DNA of 64,000 bases. Source: an uncultured Candidatus Rokubacteria bacterium (GTDB lineage: Bacteria; Methylomirabilota; Methylomirabilia; Rokubacteriales; CSP1-6). Numbering within the stretch: the stretch's first letter is position 1; each line of letters opens with the position of its first letter. A model generated the notes under the pieces. It was not told the origin of the DNA, did not search any database, and saw only the letters and a program-made list of their open reading frames with translations. The position numbers and the translations under genes were made by a program. Shown piece after piece: positions 28,361 through 40,270 of this stretch. The stretch is from assembly GCA_963771355.1 (NCBI GenBank), contig CAVYTA010000008.1, positions 32,001 through 96,000 of the forward strand, in the 5' to 3' direction.

Positions 28361-29251
28361 ATGGCCACGCGGGTCGAGACGCCCTATACGCAGCGCGCGC
28401 GCTACTACTCGTCGCTGGACGGCTTCAATATCCACAAGCCGAAGATTCCCGCGCACATCTTCCGCGCCGAGCGCGACCGCGCCTTCGATCCCGCCACGCC
28501 CACCGGGCTCATCGCCTGCGACCTCTCGCGCGAGCTCGAGATCGGCTTTCCCGCCACCGCCCCGCTGGCGCTGGCGCGCTATGCCCGGATCCGCGCGGGG
28601 GAGCGCCTCACCACCCGCTTCGCGGCCAGCGGCGCGCTCTACTACGTCATCACCGGCGCGGGCGAGTCCACCCAGGACGGCGACGTGATCGCCTGGGACG
28701 AGGGCGACGCCTTCTGTCTGCCCGGCGGCGCCGAGACCGCCCACGCGACGGCCACCGACAGCCTGCTCTACGTGGTCACCAATGAGCCCATGCTGGCCTT
28801 CGAGCGCCTCCAGCCGCCCGCCGCGGGCCGCGCGCCCATCGAGGCCGCGCACTTCCCCGCGGACGAGATCGGCCGGCAGCTCGACGCCATCCACCGGCTG
28901 GCGATGACGGCGGAGATGCCGGGCAAGTCCATCTCGTTCGGCACCGCCGGGCTCGAGGCCGAGCACGTCGCGCTGCCGTCCTTCACCTTCTCGATGAACT
29001 CGCTGTCGCCGGGCGAGATGCAGCGGGCTCACCAGCACAATGCGGTGGCGGTGACCCTCATCGTGCAGGGCGAGGGCTGCTACTCCCTGATCGACGGCCG
29101 CCGGGTGGCCTGGGAGCCGTGGACGGTGATGCTCACCCCGCCCGGCGCGATGCACTCGCACCACAACGACGGCGACCGGCGGGCGCTCTTCCTCATCGTC
29201 CAGGACGGCGGCCTCCACTACCACACGCGCACCATGGGCTTCTCGTATTGA
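28361..29251 (+). CDS. Cupin protein (gentisate dioxygenase-like metal site)
   Basis: PGEMQRAHQHNA...TPPGAMHSHHN. Confidence 0.8.
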   Translation: MATRVETPYTQRARYYSSLDGFNIHKPKIPAHIFRAERDRAFDPATPTGLIACDLSRELEIGFPATAPLALARYARIRAGERLTTRFAASGALYYVITGAGESTQDGDVIAWDEGDAFCLPGGAETAHATATDSLLYVVTNEPMLAFERLQPPAAGRAPIEAAHFPADEIGRQLDAIHRLAMTAEMPGKSISFGTAGLEAEHVALPSFTFSMNSLSPGEMQRAHQHNAVAVTLIVQGEGCYSLIDGRRVAWEPWTVMLTPPGAMHSHHNDGDRRALFLIVQDGGLHYHTRTMGFSY

Positions 29252-31272
<2,021 letters not shown>

Positions 31273-31287
31273 CGCGACACAGTCGCT

Positions 31288-31340
31288 CGCGTGCGGCTCT
31301 CGGGCGCCGCGTCGCATCTGGACCTTTTTGAGCCGCCGGC
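31288..31340. repeat. Right half of the REP/MITE-like palindromic element
   Basis: GCGTGCGGC, GGGCGCC and the 28-bp terminal arm are complementary to left-half arms. Confidence 0.8.
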
Positions 31341-32332
31341 TACGGCGCGGCGGCTCTGAGCGTGGCCTCGAGGCTCTCCCACGGCATGCCGGGCGCCAGC
31401 CCGATGCTCACCAGATCCACCGCGTCGTCCCACTGCTCGAGCCCCGCGCGCACCTGCGCGCGGGTGCCGTAGACCGTGAGCTGGTCGAGGACGGCCTGGG
31501 CCTCGTGGGGCACGAGTCCCGCCTGCGGGCTGGGCCGGGGATTGGCCGCGCGAATGGCCGCCACCTCTGACGCATAACCCTGCTCCGCCACGCAGCGCGC
31601 GTAGACATCGCCCATGGCGCAGAGATACCAGGCGGCGCAGCTCGCGGCGGCGCCCCGCGCCGTCTCGGCGTCCTCGTCGCAGACCACGGTGGGGCCGGAG
31701 ACGACGGTGAGCGGGCCCGGGCGCTTTCCGGCCGCGGCGCGCAGTCGCTTCAGCTCGGGTGTCCAGGAGGCGAACCGGTCGCGCGGGACCCAGGCGGGCA
31801 TCCACCCATCGCTCAGCTCGGCGGCCACTCGCACCGCGCGCGGGCCCATGGCCGCGATCCAGATGGGGAGGTCGGGGATGGCGGGCTGCCCGAGCCGTAG
31901 CGGACGCGCGGCCGGCGTCGCGGCGAGAGGCACGCGCTCGCCGGCCAGCAGCGCACGCACCGCGAGCGTCACCTCCCGCAGCCGGTCGGCGGGGTGGCGG
32001 AACGGCACGTCGTGGAATCCCTCCACCAGCGCGCGCGTGCTCGGCCCCAGCCCCAGAACGTAGCGGCCGCCCGAGATCTGATGCAAGGTGGCCGCGCTCA
32101 TGGCCAGCGTACCCGGTGTGCGCCCCCAGACGGACAGGATGCCGGAGACGAGCGTGATGCGCTGGGTGCGCAGCGCGATCTCGGTGAGCACGAGCGTGGA
32201 GTCGAACCCCCAGCCCTCGGGAAGCGAGAAGCTTTCGTAGCCCAGCGAGTCGGCCAGCATGGCCGCGCGGACAATGACATCGCGCCGCGTCTCCATGGGC
32301 GTGAGCTGCACGCCGCGTCGCCGAGGGGCCAT
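31340..32332 (-). CDS. LLM class (Mer/F420-type) oxidoreductase
   Basis: LPEGWGFDS, GILSVWGRTPG, GRYVLGLG, IWIAAMGP...DGWMP. Confidence 0.88.
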   Translation of the reverse strand: MAPRRRGVQLTPMETRRDVIVRAAMLADSLGYESFSLPEGWGFDSTLVLTEIALRTQRITLVSGILSVWGRTPGTLAMSAATLHQISGGRYVLGLGPSTRALVEGFHDVPFRHPADRLREVTLAVRALLAGERVPLAATPAARPLRLGQPAIPDLPIWIAAMGPRAVRVAAELSDGWMPAWVPRDRFASWTPELKRLRAAAGKRPGPLTVVSGPTVVCDEDAETARGAAASCAAWYLCAMGDVYARCVAEQGYASEVAAIRAANPRPSPQAGLVPHEAQAVLDQLTVYGTRAQVRAGLEQWDDAVDLVSIGLAPGMPWESLEATLRAAAP

Positions 32333-32370
32333 GCGCGCAGGGTAGCAGATCTCGCGTGCTATCATCCCGC

Positions 32371-33132
32371 ATGCCCGACACGCTCGGATTCCGCATGAAG
32401 TTCGGTATCACGACGCCCTCCACCAACACCATCGTCCAGCCCGAGTACGACGACCTGCGGCCGCACGGTGTCACCAATCACCTGGGCCGCATGCACATCC
32501 CACCCATGGCGATCCGCACCGCGGCGGACTTCGACGAGTCCATCCGGCTCATCGCCGCCGCGCTCGACGAGGCGGTGGACCGCGTCATGACCTGCGACCC
32601 CGGCTATCTCATCCTCGGCATCTCGGCGGTGAGCGTGGCCGGCGGCAGCAAGGCCTCCAGCGACGCCATGCGCGAGCGCATGCGGCAGCGCGCCGGCCGG
32701 CACATCGGCGTCTCCCACGCGGGCGACGCGCTGCCCGCGGCGCTGAAGGCCTACGGCCTCGGCCCGGGCGCGCGCATCGCGATGTTCGATCCCTACTTCC
32801 CCTCCATCGAGGGGCCGCAGCGCTCGTTCTTCAAGGAGCACGGCTACGAGGTGGTGCGGGTCAAGCACCTCCAGGGCGCGAGCCCCGTGCTCTACGCGCA
32901 CACCTCGGTGGCGGAGATGATCGACACCGTGCACGAGATCGACGGCAAGGACGTCGACGTGATCATCCAGTTCGGCGCCAACCTGCCGTTCGCGCGGCTG
33001 GCCGGCGAGGCCGAGCGGTGGCTGCGCAAGCCGGTGATCTCGGTGAACTCCGCCACCTACTGGCATGCCTGCCGCCAGACCGGGATCCTGGACCGGCGCT
33101 ACGACTACAGCCGCCTGTGGAGCGAGTTCTAG
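32371..33132 (+). CDS. Maleate isomerase/arylmalonate decarboxylase-family protein (lacks the usual catalytic Cys pair)
   Basis: PSTNTIVQPE, KPVISVN; GIS and GAN at the usual CT/CTN positions. Confidence 0.8.
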   Translation: MPDTLGFRMKFGITTPSTNTIVQPEYDDLRPHGVTNHLGRMHIPPMAIRTAADFDESIRLIAAALDEAVDRVMTCDPGYLILGISAVSVAGGSKASSDAMRERMRQRAGRHIGVSHAGDALPAALKAYGLGPGARIAMFDPYFPSIEGPQRSFFKEHGYEVVRVKHLQGASPVLYAHTSVAEMIDTVHEIDGKDVDVIIQFGANLPFARLAGEAERWLRKPVISVNSATYWHACRQTGILDRRYDYSRLWSEF

Positions 33133-33143
33133 GCGGCGCCGCG

Positions 33144-33824
33144 ATGAAGCGGCTCGGCATCCTGCTGCCGTCCTCGGGCACCGTCCAGGAGGTGGATTTC
33201 TACCGCCGCGCCCCCGCCGGCGTGAGCGTGCACTCGGCGCGGATGCGGCTCACGTGCGCCACCGTGGACGACGAGGCGCGCATGCTCGACGCCTACACCA
33301 TGCCCGCGGCGGAGGATCTCGCCACCATCCGGCCGGACGTGGTGGTGTTCTCCTGCACCTCGGCGGGGGCGCTCCGCGGGCGGGCCTTCGATGCGAGCCT
33401 CTGCGCCGACATCGGGCGGGTGACGGGGGCGCCGGTGGTGAGCACGCTCACCGCCGTCGGCGACGCCCTCCGCGGGGCGCGCGCCCGCTCGGTGGCGCTG
33501 GTCACGCCGTATCCCGAGCCCATCACCGCGCTCGTGCGCGCCGGCCTGGAGGCGGAGGGCTTCCTCGTCACCACCGCCGCGGGCCTCGGGCTCGCCGACA
33601 GCCTCGACATTGCCGCCGTGGAGCCTGCGGATATCCAGCGCTTCGTCGTCGAGATTTTCAGGCAGGCGCCGGCTGATGCGGTCTGCCTGGCCTGCTGTAC
33701 CTTCCGCGCCTACGACGCGCGCGAGGCCATCCAGCGGGAGCTCGGCGTGCCGGTGGTGACGAGCAATCAGGCCGCGCTGACCGCCGCCCTGCGGCATCTC
33801 CACCTCGCGCCCGCGGCCGTCTAG
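33144..33824 (+). CDS. Maleate cis-trans isomerase / Asp-Glu racemase-family protein
   Basis: LLPSSG, FSCTSAG, LVTPY, LACCTF, PVVTSNQA. Confidence 0.85.
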   Translation: MKRLGILLPSSGTVQEVDFYRRAPAGVSVHSARMRLTCATVDDEARMLDAYTMPAAEDLATIRPDVVVFSCTSAGALRGRAFDASLCADIGRVTGAPVVSTLTAVGDALRGARARSVALVTPYPEPITALVRAGLEAEGFLVTTAAGLGLADSLDIAAVEPADIQRFVVEIFRQAPADAVCLACCTFRAYDAREAIQRELGVPVVTSNQAALTAALRHLHLAPAAV

Positions 33825-33837
33825 CGGCGGGGCGGCC

Positions 33838-35058
33838 ATGGCCCCCGCGCGGTCGTGGCGGCTGATCGCCGCCATCTGGCTCACCCTGGGCGTGGCCTTC
33901 GGCCTCTACTTCTCCTTCCCCGTCTTCTACGTCGCGCTCCTGGAGGAGTTCGGCTGGTCGCGCGGCGCGGCGGCGGGCGCGTTCTCGCTCTCCGCCATCG
34001 TGCAGGGAGTGCTCTCGCCGCTGGTGGGCGCCCTGGTGGACCGTGTGGGCCCGCGCCGCGTGATGCTCGGCGGCGGGGTGCTCCTCGGCGTGTCGTATCT
34101 GCTCGGGAGCTGGATCACCGCCCTCTGGCACCTCTACCTCGTGACGGGCGTGCTCGCCGCCGCCGGCGCGTGCGCGGTCGGCTGGGTGCCGTGCGCGGCA
34201 TTGCTGTCGCGCTGGTTCGCGCGGCGGCAGGGCAGCGTGATGGGGCTGGCGTTTTCGGGGATGGGGGTGGGCATTCTCGTGCTGGGCCCGCTGGCCCAGT
34301 GGCTGATCACCAATCACGGCTGGCGCCAGGCCTATCTGCTGATCGGCGTGGGCACCGTGGTTGCGCTGGTGCCGCTGGCCTGGTTCGGCATCCGCGATGC
34401 GCCCCCCACGCCGCTCGCCCCCGCCGATGCCGCGCGCGCGGCCCCGCCGGGGCGCGAGGGGCGCGGCGTCCGGCTCAGCGGCGCGCTGGCCACGCGCGCC
34501 TTCTGGGCACTCTTCCTGGCCTATTTCTTCACGCCGCTGGCGGTGTTTCCCGTCGTGACCCACCAGGTGGCCTTCGCGGTGGATCAGGGCTTCCCTCGCC
34601 TCTTCGTGGCCGGCATCTTCGGCCTCACCGGCTTCATGTCGGTGGTGGGCCGCATCGTCTTCGGAGTCGCCGCCGACCGCATCGGCCGCGCGCAGTCGGC
34701 CAGCCTCTCCTACGCGTGCACCGCGCTCGGCACGCTCGCCCTCCTCACGCTCGAGCGCTGGCACCACGCGGCGTCGCTGTACGTCTACGCCCTCCTCTTC
34801 GGCGCCGGCTTCGGGGCGCGCGGGCCCATCATCACCGCCATGGCGTCGGAGCTCTTCCCCGGACGCCAGTTCGGCCGCATCTACGGCGCGCTGAGCCTGG
34901 GTAACGGAATCGGTGGCGCGCTGGGCCCCTGGCTGGGCGGCGCCATCTACGACGTCACCGGCAGCTACCGCGTGGCCTTCCTGCTCGCCTCCGGTTTCTG
35001 CGTCATGGGCGCCGCCTGCTTCTGGGTGGCCGCGCGGTCGCCCGCGCGCGGGGAGTAG
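33838..35058 (+). CDS. MFS transporter (monocarboxylate/oxalate-formate type)
   Basis: About 12 TMs; GALVDRVGPR, ADRIGR, GAIYDVTGSY. Confidence 0.9.
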   Translation: MAPARSWRLIAAIWLTLGVAFGLYFSFPVFYVALLEEFGWSRGAAAGAFSLSAIVQGVLSPLVGALVDRVGPRRVMLGGGVLLGVSYLLGSWITALWHLYLVTGVLAAAGACAVGWVPCAALLSRWFARRQGSVMGLAFSGMGVGILVLGPLAQWLITNHGWRQAYLLIGVGTVVALVPLAWFGIRDAPPTPLAPADAARAAPPGREGRGVRLSGALATRAFWALFLAYFFTPLAVFPVVTHQVAFAVDQGFPRLFVAGIFGLTGFMSVVGRIVFGVAADRIGRAQSASLSYACTALGTLALLTLERWHHAASLYVYALLFGAGFGARGPIITAMASELFPGRQFGRIYGALSLGNGIGGALGPWLGGAIYDVTGSYRVAFLLASGFCVMGAACFWVAARSPARGE

Positions 35059-35639
35059 CCGAGCGCTTCCCGGATCACCCCCACCGCGGACATCCCGAAG
35101 AGCGTGGCGATGGCGAGGCCGATGAGGATGTCCGGCCACGCCGAGCCCGAAAGCCCGACGCCGAGCGCGGCCAGCAGGACCCCGCCGTTGGCGACCACGT
35201 CATTGCGCGAGCAGAGCCAGGCCGACCGCATGTTGATGTCGTCGGTCCGATGGCGCCAGAGCAGCGCGAGCACGGCGGCATTCGCGACGAGCGCGGCGAG
35301 GGCCACGCCCACCATGATCCCCACATCCGGCGTCAAGCCTCGGGCGAGCTTGGCCAGGACCTCCACCGCGATCCCGATGGCGAAGGCGGCCATGATGATG
35401 CCCTTGAGCAGCGCCGCGCGCGTCAGCCAGATGGGGGCGCGGGCGATGACATACAGGCTGAACCCGTACACGATGGCATCGCCGAGCATGTCCATGGAAT
35501 CGGCGAGCAGCGCGGTCGAGTGGGCGAGGAGCCCGGCTAGGACCTCGGCGGTGAACATGACGAGGTTGATCCACAGGACGACGCGGAGCACCCGCCGCTG
35601 CTGGGCGTGAACGGGCCGGACCTCGCAACACTCGTCCAT
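34965..35639 (-). CDS. Cation diffusion facilitator-like transporter (TM domain only)
   Basis: STALLADSMDMLGD, NMRSAWLCSRNDV, WPDILIG. Confidence 0.85.
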   Translation of the reverse strand: MDECCEVRPVHAQQRRVLRVVLWINLVMFTAEVLAGLLAHSTALLADSMDMLGDAIVYGFSLYVIARAPIWLTRAALLKGIIMAAFAIGIAVEVLAKLARGLTPDVGIMVGVALAALVANAAVLALLWRHRTDDINMRSAWLCSRNDVVANGGVLLAALGVGLSGSAWPDILIGLAIATLFGMSAVGVIREALGYSPRAGDRAATQKQAAPMTQKPEASRKATR

Positions 35640-35732
35640 GCCGGTAGTCTAGCCGAGGCGCGATCGCACGGAGCCGCGGCTTGACCCAGCTGCCCCCGCG
35701 CTCCTATTCTTGGGCACCTGCCGGGGGTCAAC

Positions 35733-36785
35733 ATGGACTCAAACGCGCTCTCGACTCGTGACGAGAATCTCCCCGCCGACTACTCGGCGGGCCTGGAGCG
35801 CCTCTCCCTCGCGCCGCTCTGGGCCGCGCTCCACCAGCTCCTGCCTCAGGAGCGCATCTCCCGCGTGCGGCCGCATCGCTGGCGGTGGGCCGAGCTGCGG
35901 CCGCAGCTCCTCGACGCCGGTCGGCTCGTGCCGATGGAGCAGGCGGAGCGCCGGGTGCTCGTGCTCTGCAATCCCGGGCTGCCGGGAGCGCTGTCGGCCA
36001 CCGCGACCCTGTACGCGGGCCTCCAGATCATCCTGCCCGGGGAGACGGCGCCCAGCCATCACCACACGCCGGCCGCGCTGCGCCTGGTCGTGGAAGGGCG
36101 CGGGGCCTTCACCACGGTGGAGGGTGTGCGCTGCGAGATGGAGCCGGGCGATCTCATCATCACCCCGCCCATGCGCTGGCACGATCACGGCCACGAGGGC
36201 GGGGAGCCCGTGATCTGGCTGGACGGCCTCGACATCCCGCTGGTGCGCGCCTTCGAGGCCTCGTGGGCATCCAAGATGCGTCCGGCGCAGCCCCCGGGGA
36301 CGGTCACCGACTCCTCGCAGGACGAGTTCACCGCGGCCGGGCTGGTGCCGCGGGGCTCGCGCTATCCGGAGACGGGCTATCCCCAGGTGCGATGGCCCTG
36401 GCGCGACGTGCGCGAGGCGCTCGTGCGCCTGGCCGCCACCGCGCCGCACGAGCAGGCGGTGACGCTACGCTACGTGAATCCCCGCACCGGCGCCCCGCCC
36501 CTGGCCACCATGGGCTGCGAGGCGCTGTGGCTGCGTCCCGGCGAGGCCACACGGGCCGAGCGGCGCACGGGCAGCGGGGTCTTTCACGTGATCGAGGGAC
36601 AGGGTGAGACCCGCGTCGGCGACACCGTCCTCACCTGGGAGCCCGGCGACTGCTTCGCCGTCCCGCCCTGGGAGTGGATCGAGCACCGGAACGGATCCGG
36701 GGCCTCGCCCGCCGCGCTCTTCCACCTCAACGACGAGCCCGCGCTCCGCTCCCTGGGGCTGTGGCAGGAAGAGATCCGCGCCTGA
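35733..36785 (+). CDS. Gentisate 1,2-dioxygenase-like bicupin
   Basis: AERRVLVLCNPG, LYAGLQIILPGE, HHHTPAALR, WHDHGH, WLDGLDIP, YVNP. Confidence 0.88.
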   Translation: MDSNALSTRDENLPADYSAGLERLSLAPLWAALHQLLPQERISRVRPHRWRWAELRPQLLDAGRLVPMEQAERRVLVLCNPGLPGALSATATLYAGLQIILPGETAPSHHHTPAALRLVVEGRGAFTTVEGVRCEMEPGDLIITPPMRWHDHGHEGGEPVIWLDGLDIPLVRAFEASWASKMRPAQPPGTVTDSSQDEFTAAGLVPRGSRYPETGYPQVRWPWRDVREALVRLAATAPHEQAVTLRYVNPRTGAPPLATMGCEALWLRPGEATRAERRTGSGVFHVIEGQGETRVGDTVLTWEPGDCFAVPPWEWIEHRNGSGASPAALFHLNDEPALRSLGLWQEEIRA

Positions 36786-36792
36786 CGCGCGC

Positions 36793-37203
36793 TCAGCCGC
36801 GCCGGGTCACCGCCAGCGCGCCGCCGCCCAGCAGCACCTGCGCGAGCGTCGCCCCCACGAGCAGCAGCACGTACTCGTAGCCGGCCGGCCGGGGCGTGTT
36901 GTCCACCAGCACCGCCTTGATGAAGTAGCCCTGAGGGAGATGGACGAACACGAGGGCCCCCAGCATCACCACCAGGTTGGCGAGGGCGGCCACCCGGGTC
37001 CAGAGGCCGAGGATCAGCATGATGCCGCCGACGCCGTGCGCCAGGATCGTGAACCAGGCGGCGACCTCGGGGAGCGGGATGCCCATCCGGGCATTCAACT
37101 CGACGGCCCCCGCCGGGCCGTAGACCACGAGGGCCAGATAGGCGTGCATCAGGAAGGTCACGCCGAGGAACAGCCGGAGAACGGTGGCGCCGTATTGGCT
37201 CAA
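36793..37203 (-). CDS. DoxX family membrane protein
   Basis: TTG start after GGAGGA; LRLFLG, LGLWTR, VH...GYF, GYEY, LGGG. Confidence 0.85.
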   Translation of the reverse strand: MSQYGATVLRLFLGVTFLMHAYLALVVYGPAGAVELNARMGIPLPEVAAWFTILAHGVGGIMLILGLWTRVAALANLVVMLGALVFVHLPQGYFIKAVLVDNTPRPAGYEYVLLLVGATLAQVLLGGGALAVTRRG

Positions 37204-38153
37204 GGGGGTCCTCCCGTTAGGTCGCGCGCGGCCGGCAGCCCCGGCAGCCCCGTCGCCGCGCGCACACCACGCAATATCGCCTGGGCCACCGCGCGCGCCG
37301 CCCCCGCCCCGACCATGGCAGGGTCCGCGGCGCGGTCGCCGATCGAGAGACAGAAGAGCGTGTCGCCGTCCGTGGCGAGATGCGGCGGCGACAGCGCCCG
37401 CGCGTAGCCGTCCATGGCCAGCGCGGCCACCCGCGAGGCCTCCACCTTGCCGAGGCGGGCATCGGTGATCACGCAGCCGATGGTCGTGTTCACGGGACGG
37501 AAGACCGGCGGCGGCGTGCCCGCGGCCAGCGCCGCCGCCGTGTCCACCAGGCGTCCGCCGGCGGCGGCATCGCGCGCGCCCGCCACCAGCCGCCCGGTCT
37601 CCGCGTCGCGGACGTCGCCCACCGCGTTCACCGCCATGACGGCGGCGGTGAGGAAGCCCGCCCCCTCCACCACCGCGCACCCGAGGCCCCCGCGCATGGC
37701 CCGCGCGAGGGTGTGGAGCTTGCCCACGGTGGCGCCGGTGCCCGCGCCCACATTGCCCTCCTCGCACGCGCCCGGGCGCGCCGCGCGCGCCGCCGCGTAG
37801 CCCATGGCGCGATCGGGCCGCACGCGGTGATCGCCCACGCCGAGATCGAAGAGGATGGCGCCGGCCACGTGCGGCACCACGGTGCGCGTGACGGGGAATC
37901 CCACGCCGCGCTCCTCCAGATACTGCATGACGCCCCAGATGGCCTCGAGCCCATAGGCGCTGCCGCCCGCCAGCACCACTGCGTCCACGTGGGGGACCAG
38001 GTGGCGCGGGTCGAGGAACTCGAGCCCGTGCACGCCTGCCGCCCAGCCGCGGATCTCGACGCCCCCCACCGCGGGCCGGTCGGGCAGGATGACGGTGCAG
38101 CCGGTGAGCGCCCGGGGATCGGTCGCGTGGCCGACGCGCACCCCGGAGATCAT
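37200..38153 (-). CDS. P1/DmpA (S58) family peptidase
   Basis: GVRVGH, TGCTVI, GGSAYGL, EGNVGAGTGA, NAVGD, NTTI, DGDTLF. Confidence 0.9.
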   Translation of the reverse strand: MISGVRVGHATDPRALTGCTVILPDRPAVGGVEIRGWAAGVHGLEFLDPRHLVPHVDAVVLAGGSAYGLEAIWGVMQYLEERGVGFPVTRTVVPHVAGAILFDLGVGDHRVRPDRAMGYAAARAARPGACEEGNVGAGTGATVGKLHTLARAMRGGLGCAVVEGAGFLTAAVMAVNAVGDVRDAETGRLVAGARDAAAGGRLVDTAAALAAGTPPPVFRPVNTTIGCVITDARLGKVEASRVAALAMDGYARALSPPHLATDGDTLFCLSIGDRAADPAMVGAGAARAVAQAILRGVRAATGLPGLPAARDLTGGPP

Positions 38154-39253
38154 GCGCGCCGCCGGGACGCGGGCGCGCGGCTCACGTCCTCCAGGCGGGC
38201 ACGGCCGAGCGTGACCTCGCTCGCCACCTCGAGCCCGCGCATCACCAGCGCGCGCGCGAAGGGAATGGCCTCGGCCCGCCGCTCCCCGTCGGCCAGCGCG
38301 GCGGCGGTGGCGCGGGCGGCTGCCGCCGACTGCTGCTGATCCGTCGCGTCGAAGACCAGCGCCATCTCGCCCAGCCGCCGGGCCCAGCGCCGGCGCGCCT
38401 CCCCCGTGAACACCTTCGCGATGGCGGCGTCCACGATGGCGGCCTCGCGCTCGGCCTTGATCTGCTCCGAGACCACGAGCCGGCTGTCCCGCGCTTCCAG
38501 CAGCGCGACGGCGTCCTCGCGGAGGGCGGCGGGGTCCGCGAACCAGCCGCCCAGCTCCGGCAGCTCCAGCAGCAATCCGCCGTGCTCGAGCGGCGCCGGA
38601 TCGACGGTCGCCGGCGGCGCGGCGTCGGCGAGCAGGGGATCGGGCGCAGGGCGCGGGGGGAACAGGGCGCGCCAGCGCGCGAACTCGGGCGGGGGCGCGG
38701 TGCGAGCGGCCGCGTGCAGCGCCAGCGCCTCCGCCACGAGGGCCTGGGCGCGCTCGGGCGCGGTGGCCAGCCAGGGCAGCTTCTGCGACTCGCGCAGCGT
38801 GCGCTGCTCGGTCTCGAGCCGCTTGCGGGTGACCGGCCCGCCCGCCGCCTCGAGGATGCCGGCCTCATCATTGAGAATGAGGGAGCAGAGCCGGAGGCCC
38901 CCGCCCAGCCCGCCCTCGAAGACGATCCAGCCCGCGCGCGAGCCCGAGCCGTCGATGCCGGAGAGCCAGGCGGCGGTGGCCCGCTCCGGCTCGCGCCGGA
39001 TGAGGGGGCCGGTGCGCGTCCGCGGCTCGGCGGCCACCCCGGCCTGTTGGAGGCGATAGAGCGCGCGCCGGGCGCTCTTGCGCACGCTCTTGTCCGCCGC
39101 GCCGTCGGCCAGCCGCTGGAGCAGCGGAGCCGCGGCGGCGCCGTGCTGACGGGCCAGCTCGCGTAGCTCCGCCTCGAGGACCTCGGTGGAAACCGCGGCC
39201 AGGTCGGGCAGGGGGCCGCCGGCGAGCGCGGCCTCGAGGACGGGTCGCGTCAC
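38150..39253 (-). CDS. Hypothetical protein
   Basis: Coupled by GTGA/ATGA overlaps at both ends; KSVRKSARRALYRL and SGIDGSGSR motifs. Confidence 0.75.
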   Translation of the reverse strand: MTRPVLEAALAGGPLPDLAAVSTEVLEAELRELARQHGAAAAPLLQRLADGAADKSVRKSARRALYRLQQAGVAAEPRTRTGPLIRREPERATAAWLSGIDGSGSRAGWIVFEGGLGGGLRLCSLILNDEAGILEAAGGPVTRKRLETEQRTLRESQKLPWLATAPERAQALVAEALALHAAARTAPPPEFARWRALFPPRPAPDPLLADAAPPATVDPAPLEHGGLLLELPELGGWFADPAALREDAVALLEARDSRLVVSEQIKAEREAAIVDAAIAKVFTGEARRRWARRLGEMALVFDATDQQQSAAAARATAAALADGERRAEAIPFARALVMRGLEVASEVTLGRARLEDVSRAPASRRRA

Positions 39254-39774
39254 GGCGTGGCGAGCCCGCGCCACGGCAGCGGCGTGTCGCGGAAGTACAC
39301 TTTTCGAATGTAGGTCAAGGCTCCGGCATAGCGCTCGAATCCGGCGGCGAGGCGGGCGAACAGCGGCGCGTCGGGCTCGGCCTCGGCGCGGCCGAGCTCG
39401 GCGAGGAATCGATACGCGCGCCGGCCCTCCGTCTCGTAGTAGTCCACCACCGCGAGCCGCTCGACGTGCTCGCGAAAGAGCCCGGTCATGAAGAGCGTGT
39501 AGTCGCCGATGTGGCGGCGCACCGCGCGCTCCTTGGCGGGATCGAACCGCGGGCCCTCCCACTCCCAGACCCGCTGGATCTCCAGGAGGGCGTCCACCAC
39601 GGTGGGCAGCCGCCGGCCGGGCAGGACGTCGATGGCGGCCAGCGCCTCGGCGCGGGCGAAGCGCGTGAGAAGGTCGGTGATGTAGTCCTCGGCGCGCGCG
39701 TCGTTCAGCGTCAGATCGCCGAACGCGCTCCGCGTCACGCGCGCGAAGAAGCGGGGGAGCAATCCGGGCTCCAC
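39250..39774 (-). CDS. Hypothetical helical protein
   Basis: YITDLLTRF, RRHIGDYTLFMTGLF, EGRRAY; GTG start 7 nt after TAGACT. Confidence 0.8.
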   Translation of the reverse strand: MEPGLLPRFFARVTRSAFGDLTLNDARAEDYITDLLTRFARAEALAAIDVLPGRRLPTVVDALLEIQRVWEWEGPRFDPAKERAVRRHIGDYTLFMTGLFREHVERLAVVDYYETEGRRAYRFLAELGRAEAEPDAPLFARLAAGFERYAGALTYIRKVYFRDTPLPWRGLATP

Positions 39775-39832
39775 GTCTCCGAGTCTAGCAGACCCCTGGC
39801 CGACCGTTCCCGGCAGTGCTAGACTCCGCGCC

Positions 39833-40213
39833 ATGGTTTTGCGGGGCGGTGACCGGATGGACGAGGCGGAGCTGGATCTGCGTGAGCCGGAGCTCATCCG
39901 CCCCCGCCGGCCCTGGGCCCTCATCGTCGCCGCGCTGCTCCTGGTGGTGCTGGTGGCGGTGCTCTGGGCCAAGTGGAGCGAGAGCCGCGGGGACGTGGAG
40001 CGCCTCCGTGCCGAGCTGAAGACGGTCTATGCCGAGACGGAGTCGCTGCGCACCCAGGCGGCCCAGGCGCAGCAGCGCGTCGCCCTCCTCGAGAAGCAGG
40101 TGCAGTCGATCCGGAACGAGCGGGACGAGGCCAATGGCCGGGCCGTGACCAAGCCCGCGGCGAAGGCGCCCGCGAAGCCCACCAGCAAGAGCGGCAAGTC
40201 GACCACCCGATAG
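39833..40213 (+). CDS. Single-TM coiled-coil protein with Lys/Pro-rich tail
   Basis: Hydrophobic anchor followed by heptad repeats; alternative start at 39857. Confidence 0.7.
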   Translation: MVLRGGDRMDEAELDLREPELIRPRRPWALIVAALLLVVLVAVLWAKWSESRGDVERLRAELKTVYAETESLRTQAAQAQQRVALLEKQVQSIRNERDEANGRAVTKPAAKAPAKPTSKSGKSTTR

Positions 40214-40270
40214 CGTCGCGGTGTGGGATGCCGGCGGTGTCCCTCGCGCGAGGGGCGGGGACCGGCGCGC

